Positions 13,683 through 26,399 of a stretch of 64,000 nucleotides of DNA are shown in pieces. Below the pieces are notes generated by a model that made no database searches, was not told where the DNA came from, and saw nothing but the letters and a program-made list of their open reading frames with translations. The DNA is from Lytechinus pictus (Eukaryota): positions 47,616,001-47,680,000 of the forward strand of contig NC_087246.1 of the NCBI RefSeq assembly GCF_037042905.1, written 5' to 3'. The position numbers and the translations under genes were made by a program. Positions within the stretch are counted from its first letter, which is position 1. Every line of letters begins with the position of its first letter.

Positions 13683-13838
13683 TTAATATCAAACGTTGTC
13701 GTATGAATTATTGCTTGCCATGCACCATCACATATAGGAACCTGAATACAATGGCATTCATGTTACACCTGGGACATAATTATGCCTAATATATTCAATC
13801 TGATGAGCTTGTAGTGAACTTGTTATAAGAAATTATTG

Positions 13839-14292
13839 ATTTATTTATTTATTTATTTATCTACTCATTCATTTCCGTTTTATTTCAGCAGGGTAGCCCT
13901 TTCAGTTACAAAACTGCTCTACCAAGGGGCCCTGTACAATAAAAAGCAAATACATATAAATAACAATTTTCACAAAAAAACTTAAAACTATATACACAAC
14001 TACAAATATTTACTCAAGTAAAATCACATTAAACTAAAATTAATAAAATGAAATCACATACAAGCAGAGTATTTATATTAAATTCAAATTGAATCGAAAA
14101 TAACACAAGTATAATATTTACATTAAATCAAAATTAAAACAGCTTTTTAAAATTCGGAGTTAAGAGTTAAAATTCTAGATTGTTTCTTTAATATGGGAAA
14201 AGATGTTACAGTTTGCATATTCTGGGGTAAACTGTTCCATAGGTTTGAACCATAAAAATGCAAAGATTTCTTGTAATACTCTGTTCGAGGTG
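13839..14292 (-). mobile_element. L2/CR1-group LINE 3' fragment
   Basis: Minus translation PRTEYYKKSLHFYGSNLWNSLPQNMQ. 3' stem cagggcccc...gctaccctg followed by (AAAT)n tail. Confidence 0.8.
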
Positions 14293-15684
14293 CTTTTGTT
14301 ACTATTTTGTTACTATAACATAATGTTTTTATGAAAGGGGCCCTTATATTGTTACCAACCTTTTAGATATTAACCCGTTGATTTATCTCATGAAAATATA
14401 AAAAGTAATAGCATAACTCACCCCCAACTTTCTTACTATCTCTCCCTTATTTTGAGCAGATGAATTTAATGTGGATTGTTGTATATTTATTATCCTTTAT
14501 ATCCATTACCATCATCTTTATTACTCTGGCACCGTCGACGTTTAACAGTTTTTTCCATGATTTGTTATTTTGTACAATAATAAATATTGAAAGATTTAAA
14601 TCTGTCATGATGGTGCGCTACTGATCTGCGAATATTTTACACAGTGCGCAATGGTTACACAATGACTGAAAGGTGGTTAATTGTCAATAGTTTTATTTCT
14701 TTTTATTTCAGCCTTTATCGATTTTCAAGATTCATAGAAATAACAGCAATCAATAAACAAAATTACCGTAATTACAAACAAGCGAAAATGAACTGATATC
14801 AGTTTTTATTTTTTATCTATCTATTCTGGTCTGCAGTTTAACTGCAAGTCCGGTACCTAAGAGTCCTGGGAGAGTTGGTTCACTGTCATTTCTAGGTGAA
14901 CACCATGCTCGACAATGCATTTTCGAGGAAGGACCCTTAACATCTTGCTTTTATCGCAGAGCACCCTTTTATTAACAAATAGTTTATCACAGTTTTCTCC
15001 ACCCTACTTCATGTGTCAAGTATTCTATTTTTATGATAGGGGGAAATATTATACAAATAATGCGTGCAGCCGAGTGCGTTAGTGGAAATGCAGAGCACGC
15101 GATGTTTCTTTATCGGTGCCGCACTGTGCACGAGCCGCTGGCGGCGAGAGCCCAGTGTGCACCATCTGAAGAAACCGAGCTTTTTCTGCATTTACTTTTA
15201 CACACGACAGAGCAAGTGCATTATTTTGTTTTATAAAATAGCAACACAGAAACAATTTCTTGAAAAGTTTCAGTACAGTTTTGTTGGACTTCTCCAGGGA
15301 CTTCTACCGCACTGGTTTGCTTGAGCGTGCAATGTCAATTTTCGTTGCGCACATTTTGCACTGCCGTGCAGTGCACCAAAAAGTTGGATGTCATGTGACG
15401 CGTATTGGCCAATCGCGATGCTTGAAATAATACATCTATTTTATAAATTTCCAATGAATAAGCACACGCATATTGGATGGCTCAGAATGGAATATCAGAG
15501 TTTTGGGCAAATATTCCACGAATCGCAGACGAGTGGAATATTGGCCCTAACGAGTGGAATATTTCTGGTGTTCCATGAAAATAAGCCATCCAATATAATC
15601 ATTATAATCTATCCAATCCCACCCCCCCCCCAAAAAAAAAAGAGGGAGAAATTCGGTTGAACAAGTCTTATCACTTTTCACATT

Positions 15685-15827
15685 TACCGTGTTTACACTT
15701 GATCGGCTTTTGGTTCTGAACCAAAAGCCGATGCAGAATCGGCTTTCGGTTTATCTTGCACTGCTGTTACAGCTCGCGGTTCAGAACCGCCAGCCGATGC
15801 AAAAGCCGATTAAGTGTAAACACGGTA
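15685..15827. mobile_element. Palindromic MITE
   Basis: TIR taccgtgtttacactt.atcggctttt / aaaagccgattaagtgtaaacacggta. Confidence 0.85.
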
Positions 15828-16586
15828 TTATATCATCACTTCATTAGGATAAATTTTGTCGTTGACATGCGACTTACGTGTAATTCATTATGACGTCAGT
15901 GAGTGCAGCGTGCTCTGTGCTGCGCATCGCATTGCTTTCATTGTTGTACGCGTTGTATATTTCACGCATTCTTGAATACTGTTGACTACGGTCTCATATT
16001 CAATGGCAAATTTTGTAAAGGAGCCTATGGAATATTTGTCGGATTTCGGTCCTTTTTAGGGATACGTTCTGATACTCCACGGACAATTATTGATGCAGAC
16101 CAAAATACGCATTTTTAATGCATTGCTAAAACGCTCTATAGTGTTTTCCCATTTTGCATATAAAGATCGCCAACTGATTTTGCATAAATTTTGGAGAAAA
16201 TGACATGGGCTTCATGTTTAGAGAAATGAAATGAAGGCCTCCCCCTCTTAAAAAAAATCAGCAAACTTTTCTCAGTGGATGAAGGCATGACCATACGAGG
16301 GGAAATTATAAATTGTTATATTGCGAGATGGACACTGAATGAACAAAATTTACTGGAATATGAAAATAATGATTTCAGAATAGCAACAACAAATCTGTTT
16401 CAAAACTTTATCTGACACTATCGTACAGTTAAATAGCACCCTCTGTCGTTCTTATTGAGATAAAGTTATCTTTAATGGCATGTTATCTTCATGAGATTAT
16501 GACTTAGGATTGACTAGCAAAATTAATCAACATGATCAACATGACAATTTCTTAAAGAAGACACAAATAAACTATGGGCGTCTCTC

Positions 16587-16618
<32 letters not shown>

Positions 16619-17067
16619 AGTTATACTCTTTCACGCCGTGTAGTTTCACTGGTAACCGGTTTATTTATTGTCTAGCATTGTTTAGCATCGCCCGATGGGG
16701 GGGGGGGTGATTTCGTAAACTTTTTCCATCAACTGCTCAAAGAGTTAAATAACTGTTTTTCGTTAGTTTTTTGTTTGTTTATTTGTTTGTTTGTTTGAAG
16801 GAGAGTCCTATAAAGACAAGAGTAAAGGAACATGTGAGATTAGGAATTCACAAATAAATAGTACGAGCGCAAATCGCGAGCTGAATTTTAAGGTTTTTTT
16901 TTTTACATGTATCTGATATTTAGACCTGAAAACGGAATATTTCAGGGACCTTTTTTGTATACATACATAATATATACATCGCTTCTCAAATATTTGCAAT
17001 CCTGTAACACATAAACGTTAAAAAAAATTGAAATTATCCTAGAGCTTCGTTGTCACCTTTCAAGATG

Positions 17068-17267
17068 ATAATAATAATAATAGTAATAATAAAGGTATAT
17101 TTACCCAGGGTAGCCACTTCAGTTCCGAAAACTGTTCTCCCAGCGGGCCCTGCTATTATAACCCGGCTAAGCTAGACTTCCTATTCGGTGCACACAGCTT
17201 TTTGAGGAATTATTTCCTGCCGGTACTCATTTACCTCACCTGGGTCCGAGTGCAGCACACTGTGGAT
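17068..17267 (-). mobile_element. 5'-truncated SINE with L2-like tail
   Basis: Core gtgctgcactcggacccaggtgaggtaaatgagtaccggc. Tail cagggcccgctgggagaacagttttcggaactgaagtggctaccctggg followed by (TTA)n. Confidence 0.75.
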
Positions 17268-18623
17268 GATCTTTCGTTTATACAACTAAGTACCAAGACT
17301 CCCTCGTAAAGAAGGCATCCGGCTCGGATGGGACTGCCCTACTTTTTGGTCAGAAGACACGAATAGATAAATACCAATTATCTCAATATTTACTTAAGAA
17401 TTAAGAGGATCAGATTCGTAGACTATACGATATAGAAAATAATCAAGCAAGGGGAAAGTCCCACCTAGATCACCACTGTCTTCTTCAGCAATAACTTCTT
17501 TGGCAACCCTATTATGAACTGCCATGTAAATATCCAATTTATATAAATGACTGTGACAAAATAGAACAGTATATTAATATCAGAGACATAATGTCTGGGT
17601 ATAAAGTAGGCATAATCCGTGATATTGCTATTCGCAGTTTAAACGTTTGAACTTTTAACATATAATAATTTCATGATTCTGTCTTTGTAAACCAGACTGC
17701 GTTAATATTATTCTTGATATCTAAATGTTTTTTAACCCTCCCTCTCTCACACTTCCCTTTCTCTCTGTCTCTCTCTCCCTCTATATATATATATCCCTCT
17801 CTCTCTCATCCACATCCCCCTCCCCCCCCCCCTCTTTCTATCACACTCTCTCTCTCTTTCTCTCCATCCCTCTCTCCGTCTCTTATCCCTTTATATCCTT
17901 TACATTCATGTGTTAAATTCTTTCAATACACAATTATTATACAATAATTATTAACATCAATAATGCGTCTTTATTTTTCCGAAACAGAAGTCTAAAAAAT
18001 TTCGGCATTACAAAAATGAATTACAAAACATACGAAAATGTGACATTTTGCTTTATAATTATGTGTGATCATCCATGCATGGCGTAATGATTGACTTATC
18101 AAATCTTTACACAGAAGTTAGTGAGGGAATAGCAAACCTTGCCATATTATTTTTGCCCAAAATCATTTTCTGACTTAACAAATATGACTAGAACTACATG
18201 TCAATTGTATAAATCTGAATACTAATCTAATCATTTTAATTATTTTGTTTTAGATTGAAAGTGCCGTAACAAGGCCCACCAGAGATGATTTTTTTTTCAA
18301 GTATAAAATGGTTTAGAGATTAACTTAAAGGGGGGACTTGAAATCATAGAACATTAAACTCGTGAGAATGGCGCCCTTGACGAGCACAGCCCGAAAAAAT
18401 ATTACATGTATTTTGCTTTTTCTTCCGCTTTCTCCTCCAGCAGCTAGTTCTGACTTGCTTGATATAGCTGAAGGTATACTAGGATGACTGCATATAGTCT
18501 CAGGCAATATGCTATTTACATGATCAATATATCATTAAGCAAAATAACCAGCACATTTGTACGTTGGGGAGATGCAGCGCACTCGAGGTTATTTACAATA
18601 ATGCAACAGGCGGGTGTTTCAAA

Positions 18624-19058
18624 AAAGAAGCTTTCGAACAACTTTTTTCGGTACAAATTCCTATACTGCCCACCCAATAATGCACATTTTTGAATTTGTG
18701 ATGTTAGTGGCGATACAGGCATCTCGGGTATTCACATTGTTACGCATACAGGGGGCCGTTTCATAAAGCTGTTCGTAAGTTAAGAGCGACTTTAAGATCG
18801 ACTGGTGATCCTTTCTTATGGTAAATGATATTCACCATTAATGTTCATTAGTTGTTATTTAGCGCGTAAGAAAGGTTCACCAGTCGTTCTTAAAGTCGCT
18901 CTTAACTTACGAACAGCTTTATGAAACGACCCCCTGTAGGCGTAACAATGTCAATACCCGAGATGCCTGTATCGCCACTAACATCACAAATTCAAAAATG
19001 TGCATTATTGGGTGGGCAGTAGGAATTTGTACCGAAAAGGTTGTTCGAATGCTTCTTT
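18624..19058. repeat. 435-bp palindrome: 125-bp inverted arms around the MITE
   Basis: 18624-18751 is the near-perfect reverse complement of 18934-19058. Confidence 0.9.
18752..18933. mobile_element. Palindromic MITE (gggg.cgtttcataaagctg termini)
   Basis: About 65-bp TIR cgtttcataaagctgttcgtaagttaagagcgactttaaga and its reverse complement. Confidence 0.85.
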
Positions 19059-19102
19059 GCTATTTTCTTAGGATCGCTCTGGTGAAGAAATCACACCAGC
19101 TA

Positions 19103-19236
19103 GGGGCACGTTTCGTGAAAGGACTTGTCAGACGTTTTATGCGACAACAACAGTTACCATTGTAATGTTGCTTCTCAACTTCTCAGCCAATCGAATTCAA
19201 GGAAAGTTGTAACAAAATGTTGATGAAATGCTCCCC
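19103..19236. mobile_element. MITE (cgtttcatgaaaggacttgtc family)
   Basis: Homologous to 22089-22245; termini gggg.cgtttc / gatgaaa.gctcccc. Confidence 0.75.
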
Positions 19237-20014
19237 TGCTTTTTAATATCACAGGCGTGTGGCCATAACGGCATAGCCAGGATTTAATTTTGGAGGGGGC
19301 GGTAAGTGAGCGCGAAGCGTGCCAAAAAAATTGACTTGCTGTGATAAAAAAACACTTGTTTTGGGAAGAAAATTTGAGCGCCCATAATGGATAAAAGATT
19401 GAGGAATTTGAAATAATTCCTCTTCCCGCGCAAAGCACGAAAGCTAAAACGTTTTATAAATATTGAGAACAGAAGTGGTTGAAAATACCTTCCTTGTCAG
19501 ATCAGACTTGATAGCAAAAACTTTTGCCACATTAAATTTCTTTCAATCGCAAAACAGAGTAGAAGACGGGTATGTAGGGAGAAAATATATTGAACAATTC
19601 ACTATTATCATTATTTCATTCCTTGTATTTAGATTCACTTATTTGACTATACATTTATGATTACTTTGTAAACTTTGTTTGTATCAGTCTCCCGACTGCT
19701 TTAAAGAGGAATCTCTTTGCAATAAACTGAAATGAATCTGAATCTGAAAAATATTCTTCTCCGCGAATGACGTTGAAGTTCTGAAATATCGAAATTTCTC
19801 TGAAACCTTAACCTGCTCTAGTTTCTATATTTCTTAGACAATATAGCTCGATTACGAAGAAAAATAGCTAAAAATGTAAAAGGGATGATGCAAGTTAGAA
19901 GATTGATTTTTCATTTTCCATGCACGCCAAGGATATAAACATCTTTCATTTATTTTGGAAGAAAAACAAATGTATAATTTCTTTCATGATTATTGAGCGC
20001 TTCCTTTTGTATGA

Positions 20015-20612
20015 TTAAAGGAATGCTCCGGGTTGAAGATATTATCAATAATTAGAGTAGGATTAACAAAGCAAAATTCTGAAAATTTGATCAAAATCGG
20101 AAAACAAATAACGAAGTTACTGAATTTTAAAGATTTGCATTATTCCGGTGAAACATTTATAGGAATATCTTCATCAATATTCATTAAGTGGGCTGATGAT
20201 GCCATATCCCCACTTGTTCTTTTGTACTTTATTATATGAAATTAGGTTTATTCGAAAAATTCTACCTAGAACTAAAACAATTGGTTTGACAACTGAGTAA
20301 ATGCATTAGTCGTGTATTGCTGCAACTTATTCCATCATAATGGAGACACATTATATTACACATGTATGAAAAAACGAAACAATCATGATTCCATGTAATA
20401 ACATAAGAAAAAGGAAAGTGGGGCTGTGAGATCATCGGTTCAGCTAATGAATATTCATGGCGACGTGCATTTCACAAAATATTGCTAAAGTTTAAAATTC
20501 AATAACTTCGCTATTTGTTATCCGATTTTGATGAAATTTTAAGCATTTTGCTCTGTGAAATTTACTCCATTTATTTAGATATAAATATCTTCAGCCCGGA
20601 GCATCCCTTTAC
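20015..20612. mobile_element. TTAA-type long-TIR element
   Basis: ttaaaggaatgctccggg.tgaagatat ... atatcttcagcccggagcatcccttta. Shares the aaatttcatcaaaatcgg subterminal motif with 218-731. Confidence 0.8.
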
Positions 20613-22088
20613 GAAACTTCTGTGATGTTCAAAATTTCAAATAAATTGCGCAAAACAAGACAGGAGATTGATTTGCAGCGCAGGGCTATGGAAACGATTT
20701 TTTTTACTGGGGGTGCTGATGTAAATTTGAGAAGCAAGAAAAAAGGGATTCACTATAAATGAAGGGTATTTTGCTCCATGCACAGAAATTTGACAAGCCA
20801 AAAAAAAAGACGAGTTTCACTTAAAAAATGAAGGTCATTTCGCTTACAATTCTTCATTTTTAAACACCTACCAGAATTACTGGGGGTGCTGCCTATGGAA
20901 AATAATACACGCATGCAGCACCCCAAAGGAAAATATCCCCATAGCCGGGAAGGGGAAAACTTAGTAGAAAAAAATTGGGAATAAAAGGGGAAAGGCAATT
21001 TCAATATTTTTCCCGCACGGAGCGCGCAATCAAAATTTGTATGAAAAGAGAAAAAAAGTTTCGTTTAGGTAATTATATTTTGACGAATATAAAAAAAGAA
21101 AACAATAAAGCTTTACCGTTCTTCCGTTTTCTCTCTTCGCTTTTACTTTTTCTCCTTTTACCCCTTCTTTTTTTTGGGCGGCGGCTGCACACCTGGTGGC
21201 GAATCAAACTCCTAGCCATAGCCATTTCTTTGGAAGAACGAATTCAGATGGCGATTACGCAATATGGTTAGAGCACGGCTGGAAGATGTGTAGAAATAAG
21301 GAAGAACACGTGACTTGCACTCATTATTCTAGAACCAGACTTGAAAAATTCTCTAAATTTATAAATTAGTTTCCGTATCAATTCTGTCCTTTTCTCGATT
21401 ACTCTGCAAAAATATTCATGTTTCCTCCAGCAGAACTTAGCTATTATGAAATAAACAATTACAATTATAATTGGATAGGGGGCGTTTTATAATACTTTCC
21501 CATTTCGCCACATCAACTGACAAGGAAAATGTTGTCTTTATTATAATAATTGTGATAAAATACTTAGCCAAGATTTGCATAGCATTTGTCTAACATTTTA
21601 AGAAATCCCAAGTCTAACCTCAGTACTTAATCCAGTGTATTATGCTTCTTTTATTTCATACATTGGGAAATATTCGTCTTTTTAATTGAAAAACGATTTC
21701 AGGGTAAATATCAAACTTGATTTTATACAACTATAGATATGGAGCTCCATATTATGTTTGACAATTTTTGATTATGCAACTAGTGTGTTTATGTGTGCGA
21801 GTGAGAGAGTGAAAAAGCGATGCGTGTGACAAAATGTACAAATGCACGCAAGGGTGCGGTGAGGGTGTGGGCGGGATGTAAGTGTGGGTGTGTGTCAGGG
21901 TGTGTTATATACCATATTTTGTATGCATTGTACCCATTTGTGATATGTTAGACTGTTTAGAGGAAGATCTTTTTGAAATGATTTATATTGAAATAATGTA
22001 TTTATTATTTTCTCTATATATTCGCCGATTGTGCAGCAGCGAAGCTGATTTTAGCAGAAGCGAGATTATTTTTCCCACCTCAGTTTTG

Positions 22089-22245
22089 GTGGGCGTTTCA
22101 TGAAAGGACTTGTCGGACGTTTTATCCGACAAGTCCCATTTATCCGACAGTTACCATAGTAACAGTGCTTCTCAGCCAATCAGAATCAAGGAAAGATGTC
22201 AGATCTGACAACTTGTCGGACAAAAATGTTGATGAAACACTCCCC
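22089..22245. mobile_element. MITE nested in foldback left arm
   Basis: gggcgtttcatgaaa...gatgaaacactcccc; absent from the mirror arm. Confidence 0.8.
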
Positions 22246-22384
22246 AGTAAGCCAATATGAATATTTATAACTTGCGTCTTCGGAATAAGAGCTCTTTACA
22301 AAATTGTGGTCGTTCGCGCAGTGTTGCCATGAATGAATCCGCACCTTGAAATTGCCGGTAGGCCTACCCTTAAATTGGCCTTAA

Positions 22385-23559
22385 AGCCCCTTTCACAATT
22401 GACGTACGACCTGTTTACGACCGCCTGCAACAGATTTTTCTTGTTGTTGCACGATCGATCTCTTGGTGTCTTGCGAGCACTCGCAGTGGTTGTAGACGAA
22501 CGCACGAATTTGAGGTGGTCGGAGGTGGTCGTGACTGGTCGCATCTGAATCTGAACATGTTCAAAATCCAAACGCGATCAAATACGATTGGTTTACTCGC
22601 ATCAGGTCGTACCATCGGTCGGGCGATCATCGTGTGAGTGTTGTTCAACGTTGTACGACTTGGTGCGAGAGGTGACACAACTACGTATAGTCGCATTTAG
22701 TCGACTGGAGGTCGTACAACACTTGCACATGCGCTAGATACCTACAGAGACCAGTCTTGCGACTGGTTGCGATAATATAAGACTGTTGCAAGACCGATCG
22801 AAATTACGGCTTACAACATTCCACTACCGTTGCATTCGCATGTATGCGACCGTACAGCCCCTTTCACAATTGACATCCGACCAGTTTACGACCGCCTGCA
22901 ACAGTTTTTTTCTGCTGTTGCACGATCGATCTCTTGGTGACTTGCGAGCACTCGCAGTCGTTGTAGACGGTCGCACGAACTCGAGGTGGTCGTGACTGGT
23001 CACATCTGAACTTTGAACATGTTCAAAATCCGAACGCGATCAAATACGACCGATTCACTCGCATCAGCTCGTATCCGGGGTCGTACCATCGGTCGGGCGA
23101 TCATCGTGGGAGTGTTGTTCAACGTTGCACGACTTGGTGCGAGAGGTGGCACAACTAAGTAGTCGCATTTACTCGACTGGAGGTCGTACAACACTTGCAC
23201 ATGTGCTAGCGACCTACATGTACAGAGACCTGTCTTGCGACTGGGTGCGATAATATGATGTGCCATAAGACTGTTGCAAGACCGATCGCAACGGCTTACA
23301 ACATTGCACTACCGTTGTGTGCGACCGTTCCCCTCGCAATCCCTCGTGCAACACTCGCATGTGATCGCACGAGCACAATAGGATCATAATCGACTTACTC
23401 GTGCAACGGGTTTTACTGGTTGTTTTTGTTGTACGACAGCTGTTGCAACTGTGAAAGCCTATGTGCGATATTATGAGATGACTGGCGATTGATGCCTGTT
23501 GCAGCCTGTCGCACGACCAAAAGGTCGCAAGTGGTCGTACGTCAATTGTGAAAGGGGCT
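22385..23559. mobile_element. PIF/Harbinger-like MITE with about 470-bp internal duplication of the left end
   Basis: TIR agcccctttcacaattgacgtacgacc / ggtcgtacgtcaattgtgaaaggggct with TWA flanks. The left end repeats at about 22856. Confidence 0.85.
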
Positions 23560-23562
23560 TTA

Positions 23563-25094
23563 AGGTGACCGCACACCTTACGATTGGTCTGCGACTCAAG
23601 TTGGGAATAAAGCGTAGTAGAATTTGATGCTAATATTGAGACTTGAAATATCTTTCTGTGTAATGTTCTAAATCATCGTACGAATACATATGTACAAATC
23701 TGTGACTATGCTATCATCCTTCTTACAATAAAAGCAAATTTAATATCTAGTCGTAATGACGTCATAGCAGTCGTACGATTGGCTACGATTTGAAACTAAT
23801 TTGGCCTGTACTCTAAAATAAAGGCTTGCAATCTTACAAAACGGTTATATTATACGAAAGACCATTAGTGCCACGGAGAAAAAAAAACACTATTTCTACT
23901 AATCTGTTATAACAGATTACGGTATTTCTTCTAATCTGTTTAAACAGATTATAATCTGTTATAACAGATTACGGTATTTCTACTAATCTGTTATAACAGA
24001 TTACGGTATTTCTACTAATCTGTTATAACAGATTACAGTATTTCTACTAATCTGTTTAAACAGATTATAATCTGTTATAACAGATTACGGTATTTCTACT
24101 AATCTGTTATAACAGATTACGGTATTTCTACTAATCTGTTTAAACAGATTATAATCTGTTATAACAGATTACGGTATTTCTACTAATCTGTTATAACAGA
24201 TTACGGTATTTCTACTAATCTGTTATAACAGATTACAGTATTTCTACTAATCTGTTTAAACAGATTATAATCTGTTATAACAGATTACGGTATTTATACT
24301 AATCTGTTTAAACAGATTATAATCTGTTATAACAGATTACGGTATTTCTACTAATCTGTTATAACAGATTACGGTATTTCTACTAATCTGTTTAAACAGA
24401 TTATAATCTGTTATAACAGATTACGGTATTTCTACTAATCTGTTATAACAGATTACGGTATTTCTACTAATCTGTTATAACAGATTATAATCTGTTTAAA
24501 CAGATTAGTAGAATTACCGTAATCTGTTATAACAGATTAGTAGAAATACCGTAATCTGTTATAACAGATTATAATCTGTTTAAACAGATTAGTAGAAATA
24601 CCGTAATCTGTTATAACAGATTAGTAGAAATACCGTAATCTGTTATAACAGATTATAATCTGTTTAAACAGATTAGTAGAAATACCGTAATCTGTTATAA
24701 CAGATTAGTAGAAATACCGTAATCTGTTATAACAGATTATAATCTGTTTAAACAGATTAGTAGAAATACCGTAATCTGTTATAACAGATTATAATCTGTT
24801 TAAACAGATTAGTAGAAATACCGTAATCTGTTATAACAGATTAGTAGAAATAGTGTTTTTTTTTTCTCCGTGGCACTAATGGTCTTTCGTAGTAATCTGT
24901 TATAACAGATTAGTAGAAATAGTGTTTTTTTTTCTCCGTGGCACTAATGGTCTTTCGTAATATTAGTATTCTTTCAATTAATTTTAACCTCAAATAAAAT
25001 GATATGTTCCATTCACATTTTCAGAAAATGAGCAAAATGCGATTTGTTCAAAAATCGGATCGCGAACAGTCGTAAGGTGCATGTGCGGTGGCCT
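23563..25094. mobile_element. PIF/Harbinger-like MITE
   Basis: aggtgaccgcacaccttacga / tcgtaaggtgcatgtgcggtggcct with TTA on both sides. Confidence 0.75.
23853..24959. mobile_element. Foldback element built from a palindromic minisatellite, 6-bp TSD
   Basis: TIR tacgaaagaccattagtgccacggagaaaaaaaaa. ATATTA at 23847-23852 and 24960-24965. Units aatctgttataacagatt / aatctgtttaaacagatt with spacer acggtatttctact. Orientation flips at about 24487. Confidence 0.9.
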
Positions 25095-25731
25095 TTAGGC
25101 TTGGATCTATATCTAGATCCAATTCTTAAACACTTATCAAATTGCCATTAATGACAGGAAAAATGCTAGGCTTGGCTATGGCTAGCCTAGGCTAGCGCAT
25201 TAACTTTATCTCATATCTGGACCTGTCTATATGCCTGCGGCTGACTAATGCCATGGTCAACTTAGAATTGGCTAATTCCGAACTTTACGTTTACTTACGT
25301 TGGACCAATGAGCTCGGTCGCCTTGGTTTAATAGGTCTAGTCCGTATATAGAACTAGATCTAGTAACACAATTGCCGATTTGGAGCACGGGAAATTAAAA
25401 TTTAATAATTGGTAAAGAAAATGCAGATCGATCTATTATATTTTGTAGATCAAGACTGAATCAAGATCGAGAGTTTACTCTGCGATTGCAATAGTCTAGA
25501 GTGCAGAGCCGTGCGTTAAACATAGACAGTTCACGTGCATGTTCTGCTCACTGTGCCTGAAGTTAAAATACGTTTCATGCTGATACAGCGTAGATCAGAG
25601 TCTATCAAGGTCTAGAGACTAGAATAGATCTAAGATAAATTCGTTTAGATCTAGGACTAGTTCTGTATACGGACTAAGGCTACTTAGCTAATTGGTCTAA
25701 CCTAATTAAACGTAAAGTTCGGAATTAACCA

Positions 25732-26008
25732 GGTGGGTGTTTCATAAAGGTGATCGTAAAGTAACGCACAACTGGAACATGATCTTAGGTCCTAACTCAA
25801 TTATTTAGGGATATATCACTTGGCATGATAAAGGGTTACAAGTCGTGCGTAAAGTTAAGGGGCTTTCACAATTGCTCGTGCGATCGTTTGCGATCATTTG
25901 GTCACAATATATGTTGCACAGAATCGCAACGGTTGTAAGCAGTCGTAGCACCAATTGTGAAAGGGGCTTAGTAATTCGTATCTTACGACCAGCTTTATGA
26001 AACACCAA
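25732..26008. mobile_element. MITE containing a 111-bp Harbinger-like mini element (25858-25968)
   Basis: ggtgtttcataaag / ctttatgaaacacc; inner ctttcacaattg / caattgtgaaaggggct. Confidence 0.75.
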
Positions 26009-26399
26009 CTGGTTTGAAGTTAACCATGGCATTGCCATTTTTAGTCGGCATTATATTGATTTGAGATAAAGTTAATGCGCTAGCCTAAGCTAGCCCTATA
26101 GCCTTACATTTTGTCTTGTCATTAATGACAGTTTGATAAGTGTTTAAGAATTGGATCTAGATATAGATCTAATTAAGGCCTATGTAACTAATGTAAGGGT
26201 ACCGGTAATTTGAGGATGTTGATTCATTCGTGGCAACGTGATCGTGAACGCTAACGACGACCACTGACAATTAATTTGGTAAATTTTTTACGCGCATGCG
26301 TACTCCTATTCCGAAGACGCGGGTCATGAATATTCATATTGGCTTCCAGAACTGCGCTGGGGAAAATAATTTCGCTACCCGGAAGATGTAATTCCGAGT

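Larger units (their letters stand above)
22057..26378. mobile_element. Large foldback element with about 450-bp arms, interrupted by six nested insertions
   Basis: Left arm pieces 22057-22088, 22249-22380 and 25095-25365 match the reverse complement of 25640-25730 and 26008-26378 (e.g. aagccaatatgaatatt.at.ac..gcgtcttcggaata; ctagatccaattcttaaacacttatcaaa). Confidence 0.75.

Noticed and set aside
23853-24959. CRISPR-like array
   Set aside because: Spacers are invariant, there are no cas genes, and the context is a eukaryotic transposon with TIR and TSD.
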